Positions 8,456 to 17,206 of a stretch of 64,000 nt of DNA are shown here, in pieces. This DNA is from a virus. The notes under the pieces were generated by a model. That model ran no database searches. It saw only the letters and a list, made by a program, of their open reading frames with translations, and had not been told where the DNA came from. Position 1 is the stretch's first letter; every line of letters begins with the position of its first letter. The stretch lies in the IMG/VR virus record IMGVR_UViG_3300029922_000013, positions 1 through 64,000 of that record; one strand, 5' to 3'. A program made the translations under genes and the position numbers.

Positions 8456-8938
8456 ATGAAAAAAGTAATTGTCGGTCTGAGTCTAATCCTTCTTAATCAA
8501 TCAGCCTTCGCATACGAAGTATGTGGCCAAGCTCCAACGGTTTGTCATGCTAATCCGCAACTGACTAAATCCTGCGGTTGTCCATTGCCAAAAAAGAAGG
8601 CTACTACAACGCCGCAAAAGCCTAGCACCGTGATCACAAATACCACAACCAACACAACTACTAATAACACTGTTACGATCGTTCAGCCACAACAACATCG
8701 ACAAACTAGACCTGTAGTGATCAGGGAAGCCCAAAGGAAAACCTCCATTTCACTTGTGGGCATGATGACGCCTAATAAGTTGACTACTAGCTACACTAGT
8801 ACAACTTACACAGCTAACAATAGCTACCAACCAGACGTAGGCTTGATGCTTCAACGAGATTTCTCGGATGCTATTCGAGGAACGCTTGGCGCTACAGTAA
8901 GAGGCAACGCGTGGCTTGGACTTGGTTATAACTTCTAA
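8456..8938 (+). CDS. Secreted protein with outer-membrane beta-strand C-terminus
   Basis: Signal peptide ending AFA; Thr-rich linker; amphipathic strands ending WLGLGYNF. Confidence 0.7.
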   Translation: MKKVIVGLSLILLNQSAFAYEVCGQAPTVCHANPQLTKSCGCPLPKKKATTTPQKPSTVITNTTTNTTTNNTVTIVQPQQHRQTRPVVIREAQRKTSISLVGMMTPNKLTTSYTSTTYTANNSYQPDVGLMLQRDFSDAIRGTLGATVRGNAWLGLGYNF

Positions 8939-8947
8939 GGAGAATAT

Positions 8948-10039
8948 ATGCAAAACAAGAACATCTCTATGATTTATTGGATTGTTAAGAAAATGGGTAG
9001 AACTGTAACACATGCAAAAGCTACACAGATTGCAGGACATTTTACTTTCTCGGAATTGAACCGGATATACAAAAAAGCTAACAAAAATGGAGCAACCAGT
9101 ATGTTAAAAATTATCTCACTTACTGTCTTTATCAGCGTAGTATCAGGGTGTGGTGAGATTAGCCTTACAGTCCCACTGGTCAATTCTAAGTCACAAAACT
9201 GTACGGTGTCAGAAGTGAATGGCGCATCTACTATTACATGCCCAGATGGAACCACAACTACGGTTAGTAATGGGATTGCTGGTCAGGCAGGGACTGCTGG
9301 ACAAAATGGCTCTCAGGGCTTGGGAGCAGGACTACAGGCTACCCAACTACCAAATGCGTGCAATGGGGTAGGGGGTGTTCAACTGATTACCTTTACCGAT
9401 CCTTCCAATAGTGGATTTTACAATGCGACATCGGATACAGTTACATCTACAACATTGGTATGTAATGGTGCTGTTGGACAGCAAGGCTTGCAAGGAAATG
9501 TTGGTGCTACCGGAAGTTCTGGACAAAATGGCACGAGTTCTTCGGTGAGTGTTACAGTGGCTACGTCTGCTCAATGTTCTACTGGTGGCCAGGTGGTGGT
9601 CGTAACTAATGCAGGAGTAGTCTCTACGCCAAAAGTGATTTGCAATGGTTTGGTCGGAGCTACTGGATCACAGGGTTCTGTAGGTCCTCAAGGTCCAGCT
9701 GGTAATTCTGGACTCACTCCTATGTCTTTTATAGCGCCGTGTGGATTAGCTTCAAGCGCATGGAAAGAAGAGCTAATTTTGTTTAGCAATGGAGATTTAC
9801 TTGCTGATTTTTCCCAAACAATGGCTGGGCAAGACACTCGTCTATCCTTTATTCCAGATGGAAGCTATCAAGATACAGACGAATCGGGTTGTAAGTTTTC
9901 AATCAATACTAATACCACTACTCATACCCGCACACTATCGTGGCAGGCTGGTTGTAGTTCGGCTGAACCACACGGTTGGGCCGCAGGTTCTACTTCTTGG
10001 AGTGTACCTGCTAGTTTTAATCCAAGTGTAGGAGAATAA
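8948..10039 (+). CDS. Collagen-like repeat lipoprotein (probable functional start 9101)
   Basis: GGAG RBS and MLKIISLTVFISVVSG-C lipobox at 9101; CNG-x-x-G-x-x-G repeats. Confidence 0.75.
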   Translation: MQNKNISMIYWIVKKMGRTVTHAKATQIAGHFTFSELNRIYKKANKNGATSMLKIISLTVFISVVSGCGEISLTVPLVNSKSQNCTVSEVNGASTITCPDGTTTTVSNGIAGQAGTAGQNGSQGLGAGLQATQLPNACNGVGGVQLITFTDPSNSGFYNATSDTVTSTTLVCNGAVGQQGLQGNVGATGSSGQNGTSSSVSVTVATSAQCSTGGQVVVVTNAGVVSTPKVICNGLVGATGSQGSVGPQGPAGNSGLTPMSFIAPCGLASSAWKEELILFSNGDLLADFSQTMAGQDTRLSFIPDGSYQDTDESGCKFSINTNTTTHTRTLSWQAGCSSAEPHGWAAGSTSWSVPASFNPSVGE

Positions 10040-10040
10040 G

Positions 10041-10409
10041 ATGGGAAGAAAAAGAGATTTTAATTATTACGTAGGAAAAAGATACGATTCGATGATGGCT
10101 AGATGTTACAGGAAAACTGATACTTCTTATAAAAATTACGGCGCCAGAAACATTAGGGTTTGTTCTCACTGGATTGAAGACATCTATAATTTCAGAGTGT
10201 GGTTTGAAAGAGAGCTAGTGGCAAGAGGAATAAGCCAAGAAGACTTTATTTCTAATAGTCGCCATTATCAGTTAGATAGAATCGATTCGAATGGGCACTA
10301 CCTTCCTGAAAATTGTAGGATTGTTAATCCACAACAAAATATACGAAATAGGCGTGTCTGCTCTGGAAAAGTAATTGAATCTGCAGAAGGTGAAAAGTTC
10401 GAATTCTAG
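10041..10409 (+). CDS. HNH homing endonuclease-like protein
   Basis: YKNYGARNIRVC..W, LDRIDSNGHYLPENCR. Confidence 0.8.
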   Translation: MGRKRDFNYYVGKRYDSMMARCYRKTDTSYKNYGARNIRVCSHWIEDIYNFRVWFERELVARGISQEDFISNSRHYQLDRIDSNGHYLPENCRIVNPQQNIRNRRVCSGKVIESAEGEKFEF

Positions 10410-10462
10410 AGGTATGGGTCAAATTTCGAATTGTAATTTAAAATAATACAGGAGCGAATTTT

Positions 10463-10672
10463 ATGAAAGTGTATGTTGTTGAACGTGGTGAAAGATATGA
10501 GGGTGGACAAGCAGTAGGTGTTTATTCTACTTTTAGTAAAGCAAAGGCCGCAGCACTCAACCAAGATACAGCTTTTGAAGATGGTTGGATTGAAGCCGAT
10601 ACACATTACTGGAAGAATGGATGCGATTATGTGACGGTGATTGAATTCGAAGTGGATGCTGAACAAGAATAA
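10463..10672 (+). CDS. Small hypothetical protein
   Basis: MKVYVV...GVYST..KA, common phage family. Confidence 0.7.
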   Translation: MKVYVVERGERYEGGQAVGVYSTFSKAKAAALNQDTAFEDGWIEADTHYWKNGCDYVTVIEFEVDAEQE

Positions 10673-10720
10673 GACAACTGACTAAAAGTTATACGGATTA
10701 GTAAAACGTATAACCAATAG

Positions 10721-10753
10721 AATCAATATCTTAAGGTTGGCACAAAGATAGCA
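10721..10753 (+). promoter_or_regulatory. IHF site plus sigma54 promoter
   Basis: AATCAATATCTTA (exact WATCAANNNNTTR) followed by TGGCACAAAGATAGCA at 10738. Confidence 0.8.
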
Positions 10754-10779
10754 TTAATAGTAAACAAGAGGTATCTAAA

Positions 10780-11316
10780 ATGATTGGTTCAAAACCGCTG
10801 AACGATAAAGAAGTTAAGATGATGCTCGATAGCTTTACTAGCCAACGTAATAAGTGCCTATTCCTACTTGGATGCAAGACTGGATTTCGTATCAGTGAAC
10901 TGCTTTCAATTACTGTGCAAGATGTAGTTCAGTATGGAAAGATTAAAGACTCGGTTACGGTTAAGCGAGCGTCTATGAAAGGGAAACACAACAGCCGTAC
11001 GGTGGTTCTACATGATAAAGCTAAAGCTGCACTTGAAGCAATGGGAGTTATAACTATGCAACCACAAGATAGTCTATTCCCTATTAAACGAGCACAAGCA
11101 CACAGAATCATTAAGAAAGCTGTAGCTGATGCAAGGATTGAAGGTAAAGTATCTAGTCATTCAATGCGCAAGACTCTAGCTAAAAATGTATTTGAAGCCT
11201 TAGGAAGAGATCTCATAAATACCCAAAGGGCGCTTGGACATAAATCTATTAATTCAACGGTGAGCTACTTGAGCTTTGACCAGGGCGCAATTGATAATGC
11301 GATTAAGGGGATCTGA
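10780..11316 (+). CDS. Tyrosine recombinase, catalytic domain only
   Basis: GFRISE (R), MKGK (K), HSMR (HxxR), LGH, TVSY (Y). Confidence 0.9.
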   Translation: MIGSKPLNDKEVKMMLDSFTSQRNKCLFLLGCKTGFRISELLSITVQDVVQYGKIKDSVTVKRASMKGKHNSRTVVLHDKAKAALEAMGVITMQPQDSLFPIKRAQAHRIIKKAVADARIEGKVSSHSMRKTLAKNVFEALGRDLINTQRALGHKSINSTVSYLSFDQGAIDNAIKGI

Positions 11317-11317
11317 T

Positions 11318-11683
11318 ATGGATAAGGAATTTTTACAGGGACGATTGCATACCATAGCTAAATACAGACTCAGTTCTATTGGCAATCGAACAGAACGAGA
11401 AATTTACTGGGCTCATATACAAGGCCTAACAAATGCGTGTTGGAATTCGTGGATGGACATAAATGATGCATTAAATTATATAGACAATCTGCTCACTAAC
11501 GGAAAACTTAATGCAAAATTTGGCTTTTTCGTTAGGAAACTCTATATGTTAGAATTAGCTTGCAAAGATACAAAGGATGTGGTAAGTTCAATGAAACGAT
11601 GGGAAGGTACGTCTGATACCTGTGATCCAGAACGTTTATTTGCTAAAGAATTCAAGGAGATGGAAAAGTGTCTGAAGAGTTAG
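11318..11683 (+). CDS. Hypothetical protein
   Basis: ORF track 11276..11683, ATG 11318. Confidence 0.65.
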   Translation: MDKEFLQGRLHTIAKYRLSSIGNRTEREIYWAHIQGLTNACWNSWMDINDALNYIDNLLTNGKLNAKFGFFVRKLYMLELACKDTKDVVSSMKRWEGTSDTCDPERLFAKEFKEMEKCLKS

Positions 11684-11859
11684 TTTTATTGAAAGAGTAT
11701 TTTGATGGACTAGGGGTAGGTAGGGATGATTTTACTATGAGACACTTATCGTTACTCAGAAGTGAATTAAAGCAAGCAGGGGAATCTGGATTGGCTGATA
11801 TGGTTGCCAGGTTCTCAAGTCCAACTGAACTATTTGATTATATTGGGGAGGAAGAATGA
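11668..11859 (+). CDS. Hypothetical protein
   Basis: GTG start after AAGGAG; overlaps neighbours. Confidence 0.6.
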   Translation: MSEELVLLKEYFDGLGVGRDDFTMRHLSLLRSELKQAGESGLADMVARFSSPTELFDYIGEEE

Positions 11860-12392
11860 AGGCCACCAATGAACAGCTTACAAATGAACTAGCACTCGCA
11901 CACTCAAAGATACTAAAACTAGTCGCGGAAAACGCCGAGCTTAAAGAATCTATGCAATATCATCGAACCAAAGAGGACGTAGATCTGATTGGTGCCATCG
12001 CAAGAGATCTCATTAAAACTCGCAAAGAACGCGACGAGCTGAAAGACCAGAACCAGAAGCTTATGGTTTTGGGGATAGAGACTGCAAAGCACGCTGACCA
12101 ACGCTATGATGCACTCGCTAAGAAGCTGGATGCCACCGCACAGGAGGAGCTGAGGCTGAGAGGGGCGCTTGAGTTCTATGGCGACAAGTCACAATGGGAA
12201 TCGCCATCGGGTAAGGTAGGAATAACCCCTATGTGGATGACTATGTGGAACGTGGCCCAACAAGCCCTACTCCCCGCACCAAGCCACCTGGCTGAGGCGT
12301 GGCGGGGATTGGAAAAGGCGGTCCTAACGGGCAATTGGGATACTATCGGTAAAGCTATGGATGCTTTAACTAGAGCACGAGGTATAAAATGA
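11856..12392 (+). CDS. Coiled-coil hypothetical protein
   Basis: ATGA overlap, heptad pattern, ALEFYG motif. Confidence 0.7.
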   Translation: MKATNEQLTNELALAHSKILKLVAENAELKESMQYHRTKEDVDLIGAIARDLIKTRKERDELKDQNQKLMVLGIETAKHADQRYDALAKKLDATAQEELRLRGALEFYGDKSQWESPSGKVGITPMWMTMWNVAQQALLPAPSHLAEAWRGLEKAVLTGNWDTIGKAMDALTRARGIK

Positions 12393-12631
12393 ACTGTGTA
12401 GGATGTAATAAATTACTCGATATAAATTTCATCGCTAGTCCAACTCAGAGTGGTTATTTTGATACTTATTGTGAAAGTTGCTATGAGACCTACTTGATGG
12501 GCGCATATTCAAGCATGGTAAAACCAGAACCAACCATGTTCGTAGGTCCTAAGTGCGAATGCGGGAACAAGGGTAATCCAATTGGACAAGGGCATTCTAA
12601 TTGGTGCGACATGTTTAGAAAGGATTTTTAA
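12389..12631 (+). CDS. Cys-rich hypothetical protein
   Basis: CxxC pairs, CECG...HSNWC. Confidence 0.65.
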   Translation: MNCVGCNKLLDINFIASPTQSGYFDTYCESCYETYLMGAYSSMVKPEPTMFVGPKCECGNKGNPIGQGHSNWCDMFRKDF

Positions 12632-12632
12632 T

Positions 12633-12854
12633 ATGCAATTTGAAGAAGGGAAAGTTTATTCGCACATAAGAATGCTAGATGTAGCGATCTATGTACTAGA
12701 TATTATTTATCAAGAATTAGATCAGACTTTTCTTAAAATTAGATGGTGTACTAAAGCAGGTCGCGACATGAATCAAATAGACAAAATTACTATTGTTGCA
12801 AGCGAGTTCGATAACTGGTACGAAATAAAGGGAGAACGACATGATAATGTTTAA
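12633..12854 (+). CDS. Hypothetical protein
   Basis: ORF track 12582..12854, ATG 12633 after AAGGA. Confidence 0.6.
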   Translation: MQFEEGKVYSHIRMLDVAIYVLDIIYQELDQTFLKIRWCTKAGRDMNQIDKITIVASEFDNWYEIKGERHDNV

Positions 12855-13020
12855 AATGGAAAAAGATGAAAGAGAAGTGTCTGTTGTATTCGAAAATGGA
12901 GTTTACAAAGCCAAGTACGCAAACGATGTAATTTTTAGTCATATCGACTATGAATTGGTTAGAGAAGTAATCATGGGTTTCGACGCAAATTGGAGTCATT
13001 CAAATGGATCAAATACGTAA
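12841..13020 (+). CDS. Hypothetical protein (59 aa, not in ORF track)
   Basis: GGGAG RBS; MIMFKMEKDEREVSVVF... Confidence 0.5.
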   Translation: MIMFKMEKDEREVSVVFENGVYKAKYANDVIFSHIDYELVREVIMGFDANWSHSNGSNT

Positions 13021-13231
13021 AGCTAAGATCAAGCAAGTAATGATTGATACATTAACAAAGAATGTTAACTATCCCAACTGTTCGGAAGCCGATATTCATT
13101 CGCAACTAAAGCCTATGTGGATCGCGTTGGAGGAGTGTCACTTGACTGATGGGCTCAGCTATAAAGCGTTTCAAGAACATGCTAGTAACCAAGCGATGCT
13201 GGCTAATTTCAGCAAAATACTTGGTATTTAA
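13004..13231 (+). CDS. Hypothetical protein
   Basis: GGAG RBS; last gene of the + strand early block. Confidence 0.65.
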   Translation: MDQIRKAKIKQVMIDTLTKNVNYPNCSEADIHSQLKPMWIALEECHLTDGLSYKAFQEHASNQAMLANFSKILGI

Positions 13232-13716
13232 AACTCGCCGCCTTCTTTTTCTTCATTCTGTAATTGTTTAATGAGACTCATATTGATACCCCCACTTTTG
13301 GGGAGTTCTTTTTCTCCTGTGTCTTCTTTCGGCTTATCGCCAAACTTCTTGCTGGTATCCAACGATGAATGAATTGCTTCGCCCATTTCAACGCGGCGTT
13401 TTTCTTCTTCAACAATCTGGCGCATTTCTTCACGCAACGCTTTTTCTTTTTCTTGATCGTAATTAGGATTAGATAAATTGCCTATGAGATCAAGTACATC
13501 GTCAATACGTTCCTCGGTGTTCCATGTACTAAGCTGATCCGAAGTCACTTGATGAACTACGAACTCTGGATCGAGAGTTAAAACTTCAATCAAAGAAGTG
13601 TGAAACCTCGTGCTAAACTCTCTACAATATTTATACCAAATAGAAACTTCGGTTGGATGAAGCTTTTCAGATAAAGCAATACTTTGGGCCGTCTCAAGCA
13701 ATTCTCTGAAGGACAT
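13228..13716 (-). CDS. Hypothetical protein, possibly tail-assembly-chaperone associated
   Basis: ORF track 13228..13749; W..Y...F pattern and acidic tail; lies downstream of chaperone-like gene. Confidence 0.6.
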   Translation of the reverse strand: MSFRELLETAQSIALSEKLHPTEVSIWYKYCREFSTRFHTSLIEVLTLDPEFVVHQVTSDQLSTWNTEERIDDVLDLIGNLSNPNYDQEKEKALREEMRQIVEEEKRRVEMGEAIHSSLDTSKKFGDKPKEDTGEKELPKSGGINMSLIKQLQNEEKEGGEF

Positions 13717-13718
13717 TT

Positions 13719-14321
13719 TTATTCCATCAATCTTAGACAGTTGCCGCACGTTATATCTTTGGGATTAAAAGAAAATCTTAAGTCTCCCTTTTTATTGAGT
13801 CTATGACAGCGTGCTATTAAAATTTGTTGATTATTGTTTTCAGATTCCAAACTCAAATGAACTTTAGGAGTATAGGCTACTACACCACCGACCAATGTTT
13901 CATATATTTTTTCTGTTCTTTCGTCTCTTTTGTCTACAAAATTTTTATTGTTTAATACTTGAGCAATCTGCTTTTCGGTGCTTTCCACCATTTTTGTGAG
14001 TATTCGGCATATTCTAGTAAAATTAGTAGTGTAAAAAAATTCGGTGCTGCCGGGGTAAGTCTCCCAGATAGCGTAACATTCCGCTAAAGATAGCTTTTCA
14101 GAAACTTCATAGTGTTCCGTTTTAACAAAAAAAGTGTCTAATATTTCTAGACACCATGGGGTCGTATAAGCGTCCATTCTTTTCTGTATATTTTTGGAAC
14201 AGCCTATCTTTACCCCATTTTTGAATCTTAAAGCATAAACTCCTGAACTCTCAGGGAAACAATCCATCAAATGTCTTTGATTGAAATGCCTGTAGTAAAT
14301 ATGCTTTGTTCTTCTTCCCAT
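13719..14321 (-). CDS. GIY-YIG superfamily nuclease
   Basis: GVYAL...KIGCSKNIQKR...E...EFF. Confidence 0.7.
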   Translation of the reverse strand: MGRRTKHIYYRHFNQRHLMDCFPESSGVYALRFKNGVKIGCSKNIQKRMDAYTTPWCLEILDTFFVKTEHYEVSEKLSLAECYAIWETYPGSTEFFYTTNFTRICRILTKMVESTEKQIAQVLNNKNFVDKRDERTEKIYETLVGGVVAYTPKVHLSLESENNNQQILIARCHRLNKKGDLRFSFNPKDITCGNCLRLME

Positions 14322-14322
14322 T

Positions 14323-14799
14323 TCATTCTCCTTCGGTAACTTTTTGTTTTATTTGATTAATAACCTCATTCGATTTCTCCAAAGCTTCCTTCTTCTTGTC
14401 CTTCAGGCGTTCCTTGTAGGCCACTTCTGCGTCAATGGCGCGGGCTAGGACAGTAGAGATGATGTTCACGTCAGGAATGTTGCCTGCCAGCATCGAATCA
14501 GTATTCCAAAAAGGTGGGGCTTTGATAATTCGTTTTTGAAGTTGAGAAAGACTGAAAGCCAAAAATCTTTCTGTCTCAGAAGCATCCTGGGGATTAGGTC
14601 CCAATAGGTCACGATAGACACGACCCGCTGAGAGCGTCGCTAAGGGGTCTAGAAAGCATCTAAACGTAAACGTGCCTTTGTATGTGCCAAGCACTTCGCC
14701 TTCATCTTGTAGCGTGAATACAGCGGTTCCATCAGGATTTAGAATCAAGTCAGGTGGTAAAGGCGTTTGCTCGGTCTTGGCTTCAGGTTTATCACTCAT
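14323..14799 (-). CDS. Putative tail assembly chaperone
   Basis: YKGTFTFR...L...I.KAPPFW pattern typical of large-myovirus chaperones; inference. Confidence 0.55.
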   Translation of the reverse strand: MSDKPEAKTEQTPLPPDLILNPDGTAVFTLQDEGEVLGTYKGTFTFRCFLDPLATLSAGRVYRDLLGPNPQDASETERFLAFSLSQLQKRIIKAPPFWNTDSMLAGNIPDVNIISTVLARAIDAEVAYKERLKDKKKEALEKSNEVINQIKQKVTEGE

Positions 14800-14939
14800 G
14801 CCTATGTTATATCACAAATCAAACTGGACACAAATTATCAACAGATCGATGCTCCCGGCTTTTATTTATATTAGCTGCCGGCTAGTGCCGTGTCCAAAGT
14901 AAAAACGCCTGAAAAAGAAATAGCTTCTATATATAGCGG

Positions 14940-14977
14940 TGTCTCCCTCTTCTGTCTCCCTCTTCTGTCTCCCTCTT
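14940..14977 (+). repeat. Three tandem 13-bp direct repeats (iteron-like)
   Basis: TGTCTCCCTCTTC x3 (last copy 12 bp) in a divergent intergenic region. Confidence 0.85.
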
Positions 14978-15101
14978 AAAATGTTTTCGTCTGCTGGGTT
15001 ATTTACTTGGAGAGGGGGATAACTGGTAAGCATTTAGTGCTATATGAAAACCATTGACTTTGGATTTTTGTTGTGATACAAGTATGCAAGAGGTGTTAAA
15101 A

Positions 15102-15509
15102 ATGTCTGATAAAATTGTAGCTAATTATTTTAAAATTCCACACGGTTTTATGAAACTAGGCTTGAATCCCTATGAAGTTTTTGTTCTAGTCTATTTTCTT
15201 TCGTTAGATGGCTTGGGACAAATATTCCCTTCGCAGCAAACTATTGCTAAAGTTTGTAAGATGTCTCCCAGGAAAGTAACCCAAGTGATCAACTCTCTTG
15301 CTAAGAAAGATTTGATAAAATATAAAAAGGGTAGCAGAGGATTCTCTAATCGTTATAGTGTGTTATTAAAAAACATCGATCCTAAGTGTACTGTGGTAAA
15401 TTACCAGAGTCCTTTAACCCAAAAGGCAAACGATAAGGTCGAACTTGAATTTACCAATCTTTTTAAGGAACTAGCAGAAGAGAAAAATCTAGTTGACTTT
15501 TCCAGTTAA
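15102..15509 (+). CDS. Winged-HTH protein (replication-initiator N-terminal type)
   Basis: IFPSQQTIAKVCKMSPRKVTQVINSL.K..LI....SNRY. Confidence 0.75.
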   Translation: MSDKIVANYFKIPHGFMKLGLNPYEVFVLVYFLSLDGLGQIFPSQQTIAKVCKMSPRKVTQVINSLAKKDLIKYKKGSRGFSNRYSVLLKNIDPKCTVVNYQSPLTQKANDKVELEFTNLFKELAEEKNLVDFSS

Positions 15510-15542
15510 GTATGTTTTACTGTATATCAAGAGGAGAACGGT

Positions 15543-15818
15543 ATGATTAAAAATATGTCGAATTCTGCAGGGTACGATCTTTACGAAGCATTTGAGAATC
15601 AATGGGTCCTAGATTTTAAGAACGGAGATGCGTTCCACGGGACTTTGAAGGAGATTGGCTTTTACATGTGCGATAAACTTGATTTCTATCTCGAAGATAT
15701 TGAATTCGCTGTGGAAACTATTCTCCAAAATGGACACAATGCCGCCCATTTTGGTATTTTTAAGAGCTTGCTATTTACTTTTACTAAAGATCTCTCCGAT
15801 AAAAGGAGAGCGAGCTAA
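15543..15818 (+). CDS. Hypothetical protein
   Basis: GAGGAG RBS, upstream TTGACT promoter-like sequence. Confidence 0.65.
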   Translation: MIKNMSNSAGYDLYEAFENQWVLDFKNGDAFHGTLKEIGFYMCDKLDFYLEDIEFAVETILQNGHNAAHFGIFKSLLFTFTKDLSDKRRAS

Positions 15819-15819
15819 T

Positions 15820-16083
15820 ATGCTCAAAAGCACAGCTGGTGGACTCAGATTCCTATGCGAACGTTGCACTGTAATTCTAGCTAGTGATTTTAGTTTTCTG
15901 ACTGAAAACCCGCACTGGATTCGCGTGAAATCGCCCAAGAAAAACCAAAAAGTTGGAGGTCGTTATTTAGATTTTTGCTCTGTTAAGTGCAAACTCATTT
16001 TTTTCAAAGGACGGAAGTATATAAGTAGAAAGCATAGGCACATCCAGTCTAATTTAGACAAACTATATACTAACTTTAACTAG
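15820..16083 (+). CDS. Zinc-binding hypothetical protein
   Basis: CERC ... DFCSVKC; AGGAG upstream of 15820. Confidence 0.55.
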   Translation: MLKSTAGGLRFLCERCTVILASDFSFLTENPHWIRVKSPKKNQKVGGRYLDFCSVKCKLIFFKGRKYISRKHRHIQSNLDKLYTNFN

Positions 16084-16239
16084 ATGACTTTAAAACTCAT
16101 TAAAACTAATACCGTCGATTTTAAATGTAGCCATTGTTCCAAAAGTGATTTTGTGCAAGTTGGGTATGGATGGGCTTGTTATCATTGTGGTTTGTATATT
16201 TATCCCGAGTTATGATATAACACATCAGAGGAACCCACT

Positions 16240-16491
16240 ATGATGCCCGATATGCGTGTTTTAACTTTGAATTCTTTTGGAGAAACTGCCGCCGACGATC
16301 TTCGCGTGACTCTTTCAGCTATGAATATTAAAGCCGTTATAGCCCAAGATGGCAATGTACAGAACAGACCGGTCAAGATCACTACCGTTATGTTTATGGG
16401 TGATCCAGAAGCGGTAACTTTGAAGTTGAGTGAGTTTGATTTGCTGCAGCTAGAGTCGGTGGTGGGGGCTTACGGCTTCTTTGAAGAGTGA
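16240..16491 (+). CDS. Hypothetical protein
   Basis: TGATATAA promoter-like motif and GAGG RBS. Confidence 0.65.
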   Translation: MMPDMRVLTLNSFGETAADDLRVTLSAMNIKAVIAQDGNVQNRPVKITTVMFMGDPEAVTLKLSEFDLLQLESVVGAYGFFEE

Positions 16492-16866
16492 TTATTTATC
16501 CACGAGTCTCGTGAGTAGAGAAATCAAGTTACTGTGAGCCATCTTGACTTCTTCACGCAAAGAGTCAATTTTCTCTGAAAGATTCCTGATCTCATTAGCT
16601 TGTGTCTCTTTTATGTGCTCGATATCTTTAGAGACGCTTTCCTTCAGATTGTTTAAATCCATCTCAAGGGCACTAATTTTGGCTTCTAGTTTTATTTTGA
16701 TAGCGTTGTCGTGAGCCTTGGCTTCTTCCAGAAAGCCATCTGCCCTGGCTTTATTGGCTTTTCTTATCTCTCTGGCGATCTTGGCGATGGTATAGATGAC
16801 ACTTACAAACGCAGCGAATAAGCCCAGTGCGGATAAAAAGGTGTTATAGGTTAGTAGTGGAATCAT
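16492..16866 (-). CDS. Membrane-anchored coiled-coil protein (possible lysis accessory)
   Basis: N-terminal TM plus coiled coil; preceded by AATCTTTA. Confidence 0.65.
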   Translation of the reverse strand: MIPLLTYNTFLSALGLFAAFVSVIYTIAKIAREIRKANKARADGFLEEAKAHDNAIKIKLEAKISALEMDLNNLKESVSKDIEHIKETQANEIRNLSEKIDSLREEVKMAHSNLISLLTRLVDK

Positions 16867-16927
16867 ACTTCAATCCTCTTATTAAAGATTGTTGTATTAT
16901 ATGATATAAACATAATAAGAGGTTGAT

Positions 16928-17206
16928 ATGTTTCAAAAAATTCAAGAAATCACAAGTGTAATCCTAGGTTTGCGTAAATTCCTTATAATGGCAGCTCTCA
17001 TCTCAATTGCCGTGGTGTTTAGGCTCCATGACTATCTAGACGGTGCACAGTTCACAGATCTGCTAAAAGCCACCACTTTGGGGTTTCTAGCATCTAACAG
17101 TATGGAGCACCTTAAAATGGCTGTCACCTCATACGCCGACTCTAAAAGTGGCAAACAGGTCCAAGAGACTGATAGTTCGGTAGGAGATGACTCAAATGCT
17201 AAGTAA
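16928..17206 (+). CDS. Small membrane protein (holin-like)
   Basis: Two hydrophobic segments, RKF motif, charged tail. Confidence 0.55.
   Translation: MFQKIQEITSVILGLRKFLIMAALISIAVVFRLHDYLDGAQFTDLLKATTLGFLASNSMEHLKMAVTSYADSKSGKQVQETDSSVGDDSNAK

Noticed and set aside
10780-11316. Prophage integrase / attachment site interpretation
   Set aside because: Lacks N-terminal binding domains, repressor and excisionase; no host genes or att duplication seen in the window.
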